64,000 nt of DNA from Lophium mytilinum. Taxonomy: Eukaryota. How positions within the stretch are numbered: position 1 is the stretch's first letter; each line of letters starts with the position of its first letter. Position numbers and translations under genes: made by a program. The DNA is taken from contig MU004187.1 of NCBI GenBank assembly GCA_010093605.1, positions 1,310,018-1,374,017 of the forward strand. The letters are read 5' to 3'. Shown here one piece after another: positions 47,580-59,533 of this stretch. The notes below the pieces were generated by a model. That model was not told where the DNA came from. It saw only the letters and a program-made list of their open reading frames with translations, and searched no databases.

Positions 47580-50500
47580 ATGGCTGAAGTCCCAGCTATT
47601 GACCTCAGCTACGGTCATTTCGGAACACCATTCTACGATTCAGAGCAGAAGCAATGGCTTTTTCAGAGGCAGCCCAGAAAACAACAGATACTAAAGTCTC
47701 TAACCTCATCAACAATCTTCTCCTCAACAGGTGGTAATCAGACCGAATCTGAGATACTCGAAACTATCAAGGAAAAACCTCTATACCACAACATCAAAGC
47801 CCTAGCCCAGCATAATCCAGATCTAGTCCCTGTTCTCGAGGCCCTCCCCGAACTCTCAAAGGTCTCAGCATCAATAGTTTCTGTTGTCTCCAGCTATGAC
47901 CCCGCTGTTGGAGACTTGCTCGCATTCGGTCACATCACCAACATCGACATACATGACGACGGGGATTTCCGGATCGCAGCGATGCCTTGCGGGGAAACAG
48001 GACATATGCTCCGTATAATAAGAGTCCACGATGACCGGCAAGGATGGGGGGATGACAAAAGCGTGTGGTTAAACGTGCCTAGCCTTCACAAGGAGGAGGG
48101 TTGGAGTGGCTGGTGGCCAGGAGAGGGCGTTTCTATCCGTCAAATCTGTTTCGGAGACTCAAGTCGAAACGGCTCGTTCATGGCAGCCCGAATGCCAGCA
48201 AAGACTGTCCTTTTCCGCCCTGTCCTTCGCTGGTCGCCGGTAGAGACAAGACTCTCAGAGCGCCATCGCTTGCCTCCCTCGAAGCTTGATCCACATCCAA
48301 TATTAGATATTCCATTCGCACGTACTGGTGGCTCCCCTCATGCCGACGTGTCTTTCAATCCATGGTATCGACGCCAACTCGCCTTTGTTGATGAAGAGGG
48401 AAATTGGAGTGTGTGGGAGCTAGTAGGCCAGGATCGTAAAAGGGTAGACTACGATATATTGTGCTCTTACATGGGGACCATTGCACCTCCAGATCCTGAA
48501 GAACCCATCTCAGACGTGCCTAAGAGTACTCAGGCATCGGAAGACGGGTGGGCAAAGATACTATGGATAGGCGATGTCCATACTATTGTTGTCTGTAACA
48601 GGAGACAGATGGCTGTATTGGATATTAGTGGCGAAAACAAAGAAGCAGTGCGTTTGAAATGCCCAGACTTTGGGCTTGCACGTACCTCGTCGTGGATTCT
48701 AGATGTCCGAAGGAGCCCGCAAAATCAGAAGAGATTCTTCGTACTGACGTCGACGATGTTATATCTCGTGGAAGTAAGATCTGGAGCCGAGGACATTGAT
48801 TTTGGTCTACAAGCGTCTGAAGCCGCCGTAATTTTATCTTGGAGACACTTTCGTGGGGCCGAGGATGTAACTTTACAGATTCGTATGTTCACTAGCGAAA
48901 AAGAAGGTATGTTTATTGCTCTAAATAGAACACATGACCCGGGCTAACTCTACGTTCAGAGACGAGAATCCTGATCTTTTCACGGTTGAACAATTTTATC
49001 TCAGTTCTGCAATGCACTGAATCGATAGACGGTTCTTCTTCACTACCCGGTTCCTCGCTAGCACCAACCCAACTGAGACTCCCTAGCACTTTGGTTCAGG
49101 ATTTAACTTCAGGTAAACATATTGCTTCGCTAGCTGTAGACAACTGCCCATATGGGAAGAGTGAAAGGCCGGGTGACGGCCCGGGGCGCATATACATCGG
49201 AAACGACAGTATCTGCTTCTACAACATCACTGCCATCTTAGACGATCTTAGTGCTCACCAGATCCTCATCCATTCACAGAAGGCAGAAGATCAGGGCGAA
49301 ACAGATGTTGTGGTCAAGCAGCCTTCCTGGCGCAAAAAGGGCTACGGTGTTGCTCTGCTCAAGAAAAGTTCCAAATACGTCACTGAAAACGAGAACGACG
49401 ACTTCATTGTGCCTGATGGAATACCCAACAATCCTGATACTAGGGGAAGTAGAATCGGTGGTTCAACCACCGATCGTTCGAGAACACGGCCAACTCTCGC
49501 ACGATCGCAGGACTGGGCCGATGATGGCCCCTGGTCCGTTAGTAACGAGTTTATGTACAATGAACTGCGGGAACTCGGCATGCATCCAGATCGTGAGGGC
49601 AATCCGGGAGAAGACATGATCAGCCTTCTGGAGCGGCTTAGAATTCAATTAGATGAGGATGATACTATTCGAGCTGAACCCTTTGGCACATTGTAAGTAC
49701 CGCAGCGATCTGTATTCTGGTGCCTCGCTCTAATGTCAGTGCAGGTTTGATCTTATTCTATCCCAAATCCAGGTCGCCGACATTGACGATGTCTCATCTA
49801 AGTTTGACGAGTTGTTCCAATCGGCGCTTCGCCAAAACGAACCTGATCAGCCCCAATTAGAGATACGCACTGCACACTGGCTATTGAAGAATATAGCACC
49901 TGATTCGGATGCTGGTCTTTCTATAGCGTCAGTCTACGATGAACTACTTCGTACCTACATCGCACCCCTACCCCGCAACATCCCGATTCGGATTCGACAA
50001 GTGAAGGAGAGGGTTGCTCGTCTCGTGTCTACTGAGGTATTGCTTGCAAGTTCTAGGCTCCGTTATGTCGACCTGCCGCCACCGAAACTGGAAGAAACAC
50101 AGCTTGAATCACAGGAAATTGCCGGATTCACGTTGCCTGTACGGCCTTCAGGTAAGGGGAAGGAGAGAGAATCCGAACCACCAAGCTGTAATGCGCGCCC
50201 TGGCTCTAACAACCCGACAACATCGCTTCCCACTCCAGAGACAACTCCATCACTCGCCTCCGGTTCTACTTTCACCTCGAGCTCCCACGGCTCTAGTGAC
50301 AATCCATACACACGTCTTAAACAACATCTACAGATCACCAAACCACAAAGACTCACGCAGTCCGACCTTAGTGCCGGCAGCCAAGTCTTATTGCACTGGA
50401 GAAATCATTTTGGTCAAGATCCCGTCAACTACGACTGGGAGGCTACCACCAAGGCCATCAAAGACACTATGTCAATCAACGAGGATGACGGTATGTCTGA

Positions 50501-50813
50501 AACACAACGCGCTAGACTACGACGAAAGGCAGAGCGTCATCTCAAGAGGCAGCGTCGAGAAACAGCCGCAGCAGATGCGGCATTATCTATGCCTCGTTTC
50601 ACGACTTCGGAATCGCAACCTTCTATAACGTCAGAATTGACGCCGCTGCGAAGCTCGCCCGGTCCATATAGGCAAGAGAACAGTCAATTCAAACAGGCGA
50701 GCTCGCAGCCTGCGTTGGCAAGTCAGGTCGAGCGAGGTGTTTTTGGTGGCAGGCCTGAGGCTAAGAAGACCAAGAAGAAGAACAAAGGCGGGAAACTTCC
50801 TGGGTTTAGATGA
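47580..50813 (+). CDS. RRN6: RNA polymerase I core factor subunit Rrn6-like
   Basis: LSYGHFG N-terminus, TGGSPHADVSFNPW, LSWRHFRG, basic tail SQVERGVFGGRP..KK..PGF; introns 48907-48959 and 49693-49744. Confidence 0.8.
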
Positions 50814-51350
50814 TGTCGGAGTTTTTCGCAGTAATCAAACCGCGGATGGGTAGGGGGAGCAATGGGAGATTGAGCAGGAGCAGGGACGAAGAAGTGCAAT
50901 GATAGGCTTCAACGCTGTCTACAGAGTGAGAACTATACGAGATAGCATGTCTTGCGAGTGCTTATTAGTCGCATATGAAGAGTCGGAAGAGCAATTGACC
51001 CGTGTTGATTAATGCCTGCTCTACACCTTACTAAACGCTTATACTCTCCACTAATCATATTCACCCTATCCATCAGGTCCGGTTGCCATCCATCCGACCG
51101 TCTAACGCTGCTACCATCTAGTGATGAAGAGGGCGCCGTTCACTAAGTGGGGTTTTGCGGGGTTGAAGCCAGCGTCACGCATGCCGTCCCAATCGCGAGA
51201 TCGCCACCTGCTGTGACACCCCAACAACGAAACGTATTAATACCTCATCAACACTCCTCCCGCTTTCTTCAAGGAGACTTCTGCGTGTCGCAACGTGTAT
51301 TAAGTGCCGTAACTTCTACAAAGAAATTGCAACGAACATATCACCCGACC

Positions 51351-52459
51351 ATGTCTGACTTCCCTTCCCTTCAGCCGGCCTTTACCGTGCGGGTGAGTAG
51401 TTCTCAGAATAGCGCTCGATGCGGAATTGGGGGATTCGTTTGCTAATACTATGTTGCGCAGGTCGTGATTGATGCTCCTCTGTCTGTCGGTAAGGTTATA
51501 ATCGACTTCCTAACAGACAAGCATCTACGTACTTCTCAGATACTTAGACTAACTGCTTTCGCGTAGGCGACTCAAAGGGAAGCCCTCTAGTTATTGTGGT
51601 GTGTATTAGCTAGCCTTTCGTATCTTTCATCTGTCCTTGAGCTACTTCATCTTTATTATGACTTATTGCTCGGAATGAGCGAGCAGGACAAGATCAACGA
51701 TAAGTGCTGAGGCTTTCCTGCTCCGCGAACTCCTTCATTCAGATTCTGCCAGGCCGTGCTTGAGAAAGATACTGTGCTTATCAATTGTCCTGGTAGCCCA
51801 TGACAAGTGGAACCGTCAAGAGCGAGCCCGGTTTCGAGCCGAAGCTTGACGCTGAGCTGTATATACACCTCACTCTGAATTCTCTACATACAGCCCACTG
51901 ATTAGGAGACAGACATGGCGTCGCATACGACTATATTCACAATGATGCCACTGGCGAGGCCATGAGGCTGGACGTACGCTCCCAGCTCAAGTACGTACGA
52001 CAATGTCCAACACTTAAACAACCCTGCTAACGTTCAGCAGGAACAACGATGGCACTGTATGTACTACCTCGATCGAATTGCTTTCGAAGCGTATCATAAC
52101 CATGCTAGCTACTCGCAATGTACTACAAAGGCACCGTCAATCTTACAGACGGTGTCAAAGCCATTCTCTCAGGCTCCCCCGATGCGAGCACTAGCCCCTA
52201 CGGAGATTCATGTGCGTGAATGTGACATTTTCCAACTCTCGAGAACCCGCTGACTTTACTTAGTCACTGTCTTCACCTTTGAGGTTCGTTCGGTCCTGAA
52301 GTGTCAGTGTTTGCAAAGCTGACAGCTTCGTAGTCCGGCAACCCAGCCTACAAAGCGCTGACAAACGGCACTTATGTCGCCGCGGGCCATTTCGTCATCG
52401 AGCCGGGCACCAAGGGGGTTATCGTCGAGTACAAGGTCAGTCTCGCGCGCGCAGGGTAA
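51351..52459 (+). CDS. UPF0311/DUF3237-like beta-barrel protein, 168 aa, 9 exons (absent from the ORF track)
   Basis: Exons 51351-51392, 51462-51489, 51567-51598, 51797-51858, 51913-51990, 52041-52056, 52109-52211, 52264-52283 and 52334-52459 join in frame: MSDFPSLQPAFTVRVVIDAPLSVG...YDYIHND..MRLDVRSQLKNNDG...FTFESGNPAYKALTNGTYVAAGHF...VEYKVS. Confidence 0.85.
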
Positions 52460-52987
52460 GCGGGACGCGAGGCCTTCCGCACTGAAAGGATACGGCATGT
52501 TTCCGTGAATGCTGGATCGCACTGCAGACAAGTATAGTACGAGACTACAAGTAAGGAAGGTTGAGGAGAGATTTCATGCGGTCTTGGAAATATGTATCCT
52601 ATGAATAACAAGGAAACAATATCAAGGATGCTGTGTAATCCGAATAAGCAACTAGCGTCAAGATATCAGTCTGCACGAGACTCCCACAATTGGCAGAAGG
52701 TTTCGGCGTAGAGCTGCTCTTAATGGGTGCTTCAAGATCCCTCCTATGGCCCTTCGGTAAGACACCAAAAAGGTAGGAGCCCTCAATCAGTGTTGAGTGG
52801 GTGTATCCAGGAGCCAAGACCTGGACATCGATCGCAGCCGGAAAGCGAAAGCCCTTACCCTCTTCTAACCCCCTTCACAGCCTACTCCAGCAGCTTCGTA
52901 TACCATTAGCCCATCCCCCAAGCCCCACCCCAAGTACCCTCATTCTAAACCCCTGAAGATCAACCCCCAGATCTTTCTCCCCTCCAT

Positions 52988-53296
52988 CTACCTCCCCCCC
53001 TCCCGTCTACCCTCCTCCACCAACATCTTCTCCATCTTCTCGCCCAACTCCTCAATCGCATCGCCCTCCACGACATCCACTACCATCCCCTCACCTCCAT
53101 CCACCCCCGCGTCCCCCAGCTTCGACGCCTGGCGGCACGCCCAGCACGGGAAGCTCAGCACATACGTCCGCGTCTTGCGCGCCGTGCACTCGGAGTAGTC
53201 GAAGATCTTGCCGTGGCGGCAGCGGCGGATCCAGTCGGCTTTCTCGGCCGGGGTGATGCAGCCGCAGGTGAAGAGGAGGAGGCGCGCGAGACACAT
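52988..53296 (-). CDS. Small Cys-rich (putative Zn-binding) protein A, 102 aa
   Basis: MC-x8-CGC...C...C...PCWAC plus acidic tail; TATAAAAA on the minus strand at about 53501-53508. Confidence 0.7.
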   Translation of the reverse strand: MCLARLLLFTCGCITPAEKADWIRRCRHGKIFDYSECTARKTRTYVLSFPCWACRQASKLGDAGVDGGEGMVVDVVEGDAIEELGEKMEKMLVEEGRREGGR

Positions 53297-54109
53297 GCTG
53301 AGCGCTTGTTGATTCTGCTCTAGAGGTGGGTTGGTGGAGCGAGTGTGGGTTGTGGTAGGTTCAAAGCTCTTGGATCTGGTTGTGTTGTGAGGATCCGAGG
53401 GCTTGAGGTTGTGGTGGAGGTTGTTGGGTAGCGCGTGGTGTTGGTTGTTGTTGGTTGTGCAGAATATGCAATTTCTATCAGGTGGAAGTCGTGGGCCTAC
53501 TTTTTATAGTGAGAGAAAAAAGCTGCCGGTGCCAGGCGTGAGGCGGTTGGTCCCGTGGCTCGGAAGAAGAGGTGTCGTGGGACTGATGGTCCTTCAGGGC
53601 CCAATCACAGAGCGGGTAACTAACCAGTGAATTCTGTCCCACGGCTACAATAGGGTTCATTAGGTAACGGGATGTCAGCTTGGGATCGGCGTAGACTGCC
53701 TTTCACAAATGCGGATGGAAAAGCGACGCTCACCTAAATCGCTGTTTGTATAGATATAATAATGGTGCACGGCCTTCCGATCCCCTTCTTCACTTTATGG
53801 GCACGTCTCACATGACCAATATGGCCAGTAAAGAGTTGGCCAAAGGCTCTTGTTGTCCGTCTCCACGTCTAACTACTGACGTGTTCTCCTGATGAAAATC
53901 GATAGAGGAGCTATTCGCGCGTCTGACTCTTCAACTAAAAACTGTCACAACAGCCCGACTCTTCCACTCGTAGCAAACCTACCTCAGAAGAAGCTTTCCC
54001 TACAGTCTCCAAAAACAACTACAGAATCACAGTAAGCACCACTTCCCTTCGCCAACTTAGCCCAATACATCAAGAACTCACCAATTCCAGAACCCAACCC
54101 ACAACCACA

Positions 54110-54496
54110 ATGTGCAAACTACTTACCCAAATCTACGCCTGCCGCTGCAGGCGCGAGATCTGCACGACCCGCTGCGAGATCGCGCAAACAACCAGCGTCT
54201 TCTGCAAGCAGCCTTTCGAGCGCAGTCCGCCTGCCTCTTACTACCCGTGCAAGAAGTGCCTAGGGCAGCCGGAGTGGAAGGGGTTGAGGGAGAGGATGTG
54301 GCGGGCGTATAACGAGAGCCAGTATTTCCCGTATAGGAGGCCGCTGGAGTGGGTTATGAATTTTCAGGGGGTGGTAGTGGTGGTGCCTAAGGTGGTGCCC
54401 GAGGTGGTGCCCCTCGAGGAAGAGGTGGAGGAGGAGATGCAGGAGAGGAATGAAGAAGGCGGAGAAGGACCCGGAGAGCTGAAAGTGGTCAACTGA
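54110..54496 (+). CDS. Small Cys-rich (putative Zn-binding) protein B, 128 aa
   Basis: MC-x8-CRC...C...C...PCKKC plus acidic tail; CA-rich leader and ACAATG start context. Confidence 0.7.
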   Translation: MCKLLTQIYACRCRREICTTRCEIAQTTSVFCKQPFERSPPASYYPCKKCLGQPEWKGLRERMWRAYNESQYFPYRRPLEWVMNFQGVVVVVPKVVPEVVPLEEEVEEEMQERNEEGGEGPGELKVVN

Positions 54497-54735
54497 AATG
54501 AGGCAGAGCCTTGAATTTGTGATGTGGGTATTTGCTGCACGAGGGTGCGCTAGAGCGAGTGTTCGAGAGTCGGGAGCTAGGAGAGTGAGTTATCCCCACT
54601 CAAGGATGCACACTATTCGAAATTGCAAGATGAGAAGCAGAGAAAATATCCAAGACCTTTGAGTATGTGCCATGCCATGCTAAGCGCTGCATTACAACCC
54701 CACATTGTGCTTGATATCTAGGTGCGGATCATGGT

Positions 54736-56306
54736 TCAATCCGTATCCATCCTCCCCTCATCACCTTTCGCTTTTTCTTCCAGGACTGTGCTCTTCACAC
54801 CCTCTAAGAACGCTTCCACAGCCTCGCCAGCTCCAAGCGGCATACCTCCATGCTTGATATATCCACCATTTGCGACTTTGATCCCCAAGGCTTCGCTCAC
54901 GGTAGGCAAGCCGCCGTCACGAAGCGCCACAGTCAGACTACCCAGACTTTGATGTAGCTGCGGAGATCGCAGCACACGCTTCAGTATGCCTTTCTTCTGG
55001 TCGATGCTCAAGGCCTGGATCGCAGCTTGGGCGGTCTCGGAGGTGGGGTCCACTTCTTCAAGATCATCGATCTCTTGCGCGAGCAGAAGTAGCATTGGCG
55101 GTAGATGTGAGCAAAGGCGGTCGATGAAGGCAGGGTCAGCTTGATCTATGACAGGGATAGTCGTTGTCGATGGTAATAGGTCGGGTAGGGTTGTGAAAGG
55201 CTTCCCTTGTTGCTGTTGGGAGCCACTCGCGCCAGCTCCGCCTTTCAGCGAATTGAGGAAGTTCTGAACAATGGCAGACGCGTCGTTGGCTCCAGCACCT
55301 GAAGAGTCACTGCCATATATTAGCCAGTCTCCTCTTCCAGATGTACAAACGCAAGAGATGATCAGATGCTGCGCGGAAAGCCGTAGAGTAGTTGCTTCGT
55401 TGATGTATTTATGTATACATTTTTGGGATAACATGTCCAGAGGGGTAGTCGGTAGTGCCTGGCCCGCTATGAACGCCTCACCGATGTCTACCATCTCCAG
55501 CTAGCGCCATTCGTATACCCGCAGAAAAGTCGACACCGCCACGTCGTCGTAACGATTCGAAATGAGGACCTACGCTCGACCGCCATCAGCACCGCCTTCT
55601 CTAGAACCTTCGCCTTCTTCACGGACATCGCCGCCAGTAGCTCCAGGACCAGCACCACCACTTCCTTGTCGGTGGTGCGACTGGTCTTGATCAGTACCTT
55701 CCACATCCCCCATGGTTTCGTCGTCATCGTCCCGCCGGCCTGGACCCTGCCGATTATGGAATTCCCGCAGCTCTTCTTGCACGTCCACTTCCTCGCCGCT
55801 CAGCAGCATGTCTACTACCTGGCCCATCTTCTGGTCACGCTCGCTGAACCAGCTCGGATCGCCATTGGGGTGTTGGGTTTTGGATTGTAGCCAGAAGAGG
55901 TGCCGTTGGGAGCTCGACGAAAACTTCAGGACGAAGACACGGCCATTCGTTGGGGACTTGAGGTTTTCCGAATCTGCACCGCCATCCGGACCGGTATATG
56001 GGAGGAACGATCCATCGCCGGGGATCATGAGAAGGTCGAGCTCGGGATCAGAAGCGGACGCTGACCGTGGCCGCCAGCAGAAGTGTACAAGTTCTATCAT
56101 ATGTGAGCGAAGTCAAAGACGTCATGTCAGATGAAATACCATCGCCAATGTAGAGGTAAATGTAGCCGGGGGTGTCGTCGGGCTTGATTCTTGGAGGGGT
56201 GCCAGGCTACAAGCTGTCAGTAGGGGTTCCGCAGTATCGTAAGACTGAGTCGTACAGTTAGGTCGCACTTCCCGGCCTTGAATGTGATAAGAGGCTGGAT
56301 GGACAT
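54736..56306 (-). CDS. RPN13: Proteasome ubiquitin receptor Rpn13/ADRM1 (PRU + DEUBAD)
   Basis: ITFKAGKC, GYIYLY, LVHFCWRPR, GRVFVLKFSSSSQRHLFWLQS; C-terminal LRSPQLHQSLGSLTVALRDGGL; introns 56255-56207, 56139-56094 and 55573-55310. Confidence 0.92.
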
Positions 56307-56676
56307 GTTGGCGGACAAGGAGTGGGTGTTGTAGTGGTGTTGAAAGTGGTTTGGAGGTCGGAGCTTCGAGGTGAGCCGCACTATATTCTTGGCACTGCCG
56401 ACGGGTCACGTGCACCATGAGTCTATTGCAACAGGTTGCGATTGTCTTTGCCCCGATGCTTCTATCTAATCTGAGCTCCCTGAATTTAGTAACGGCATCA
56501 CCAGACCAAGTAGTTTGCCCTAGAATTGAAGCCACTTCGTAAAGATTCAATAAGTAGAAGCCAGCAGCCATGCTAAACGCAGACTGAGTGGGTATCACTC
56601 TCCCCAAATACATAGAAGGGGCCATACGCTGTTGCAATCAGGCCTTGAGAAACAATGCTAAGACCACTGCCGCCAC

Positions 56677-57773
56677 TCATTTCTTCCCTCGCCCTCGTTT
56701 CGCTCGACCCTTCAGCTTGCTCACTCCATCGTCTATGGCACCGCCGACATTGTTGGCCGCTTTACCGGCTCGCTGCTGTACGTCGTGTTTCTCCATCTCT
56801 TCTTGGACGTCATCCATTACGTCGGCCCCAAGAGAGGTGCCATGGGCCCAATCAAGGACACCAACTGGGGCGAAGTTGCCTTTCCCTTGGCTCATCATGT
56901 GTGCATCCGTCCTTCGTGCCATACCTCGTAGCATGATTGTCGAGGGGAAGACGTTGTAGCCCGAGTGCGTGAAGACTTCCTCCAGAGAGAAGATGGAGAG
57001 AAGAAGTATGTAGGCCATTATGTGGAAGCGAAAGACGACGGCCGGGAGGTAAATAGGAAGAAATTTGTGCAGCAAGTAGCAAACAGGATGATCGTACGCG
57101 GCAGTGAAGGCGAACGGTGTCCGGATGCTATGGCACCAGGTTTGATGCCATTGGGTTAGACGAGTGTTGGAAGGCGAGTGCAGAAGCTTCGTATGAATGT
57201 AGTATTGGAGAACCTAGACCTTGTCAGTCCAAATCCTGAACCCAATGTCAGCTCCTCAATAGAGCACATGCAACTTACATTTCGTAGCACCAATCCCTCG
57301 CTGATGTTTTTCACCATGGTCCATGGGCTCGGGAGGTGGTTCATGCTCCAAGCCCCGCCCTTGATCGCAAGAACGCTGCGTAGCCGTAGGACGTCAGTCA
57401 CTACGTACTCAATAGCAGCCTGAATCGTGACACCCAGTAGGATGTTGAAACAACTCCATGCTACCACCCTTGAAAGCTTCTTTCGTCCTACACGTCCAGG
57501 AAGCCCGTACTCGCCTTGCGCTTTTAGTTCTACGGCTAGACTTGGTATCGCGAGGTCGAATAGAAGGAACAAGGTAGCGGGTAGTATGTAGAGGAGTAGG
57601 CGAATGACAAGCGGGGCAAAGAACTCAATCTGCAGAGGAGCATAGGTCATAGCAATTGTTGTCCATGTTATGCTGAAGAATACAAGGTTCAACGAAGTCG
57701 ACCAGCTCGAAAGCATTGGGATAGCGAAGATAGAGGCGATAGGGAGGGAGAGAGTAGATAGCAATGCACCCAT
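56677..57773 (-). CDS. Fatty-acid hydroxylase / sterol desaturase superfamily membrane protein
   Basis: After intron 57278-57214: YYIHTKLLH, WHQTWCH, AYDHP, HSGY, RRTDAH, GNFAPVGVLDWAHGT. Confidence 0.8.
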
Positions 57774-59533
57774 GGTGAGTTCGATTACCGGGAATCAACG
57801 CGAAGGAAGAATGAGAAAATGAGGTTGATGGCCTGAGGGAGTTGGTCGTGGTGTGGTGATAGCTTGCATCTGACGATGACGTCGGCGGTCAGTACTGGGG
57901 TGGTGCAGGGATAGCTCCCTCTAGCCGCGAGCCTGGAGCTGGACGTGGGGTAGACGGGACGAGACTACTGGCCAGTTGCTTGCCAAAGCCCAGGGGCAGG
58001 GAACCAGATGTGTTCAATAATTGGGCGCTTCTTTGCCCTTGTCTGGATCGCCTTCGTGAGGTGGTGTGTTGAAAACACAATCTAGGTCACACACCACCCA
58101 TTGCTATGCTCTATATTTACCGTAAAGAGCGCTTACCCATTCACGTTACTACATCGGATTACAGTAGAAATTGAGGTACAGTCTTGGCGATGAGCTTTCG
58201 GAAACTGGTGAATGTAGTAGATGCTTTAGACATGCTGAGGAAGCTTGCGAGCTGTGTACACCGGCCTGCCATTCTTGGAGTGTTTCAATGACTTTTAGAT
58301 AGCTCAATGTGCAGAGTTTCCACCATACTCAACTTTCTAAGAATGCTTTGAGCATACCAAGCAGTGGTATACATGCGTGAACGCTGATGCGGCTTGTTCA
58401 ATTCATGCTCCACGTGCGAGCTTTGTACTAGCCGACAATGCACAGTGAAAGCTTCGCAGGCCAGATTGGCTCCGTATGATTGAGTCTGTCTGTATGCGAC
58501 GCATAATCTGTATTCTCGTTAGCCTAGCAACAGCCTTACCTGTTTGGTGTCCTGGAAGTACGCGATTCGTTATCCGACGCGAATAATGGGCAGCCTCGAC
58601 TCAGGGCCAAACCAAAGAACTTGACTCGGTCCGGATTTACGATGGTCATGTTTCTAGACAGATTTCTTAAAAGTGGTATTTGAGGGTGCTGTCATTGGCT
58701 AGAATAAAACTGCGAGTGGAAGACTTGGCATGAGGTCGTGATGGTTCAGTGTTCGTCTTCCACACTTCGCAGAGGCACTGCACCAACGGCCTCAGGGCTA
58801 CCACGGCTTAGTGTCATATGCCCTAGTATGGCAGGGTCTAAGCTCCACCCCGCTAAGTTCGCATCGCGGAAGGGCCCGGGGGACCGTGGGTCAGCTCTCT
58901 TTACTCAGGGTGCCTCGTGAGCTGACGGACGGTAGGTAGCGGTGCCGTGGAGATCAAGCGCGTCAAGATGGAGAGTCAGGTGCAGGATGGAACTGGACTG
59001 AAAGCACCGCAAGAAGAAAAAGAAGCATGCGGCGTGTGCAATTGGAGTTTGCTCGCACAGGGATGGATATAAAATAAGCTCCTTGTGCGGTGATTAGACG
59101 GCGCCTTGGCAGCGTCCACAGCGCTGGAGCATTGTTAGAACAGCCCCTGGCCCGCTCATGTGGTGCCGAACAAGCAACCTCAAGGGCACAAGGGCCTCCT
59201 GATACATTTGTCCACGAGCCCTGGGGAACTCCCACTCCCCTGTCGCAAGAGTCTTGCATCGAAAGTCTCTGTTCTCTCCTCCTCACCACCTCAATGCGCC
59301 CGCCCGCGCACCTCCGCCGACCTTGTCTCGACCGCTGCTGCCTCGGCGTCTCCTGAAAGCTGCATCCGTCCTGCACTCGAGAGTCTCGACACACCGCGCG
59401 CATACCCACCATGCACTGATCTTCAATTCACGCCCCAGAAGCCGCCCCGCGACCTCCTGCTGGACCCTACGCTCGTCGTGTCTGCACGTCGATAGCCACC
59501 ATCCTTTTCCAGAACCCCGCAGGTCTAGCCACT

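Noticed and set aside
51700..51770. GCTGAG suggesting an intronic TPP riboswitch
   Set aside because: The downstream CUGAU/UAAU-GCG core is absent and the host is not a thiamine gene.
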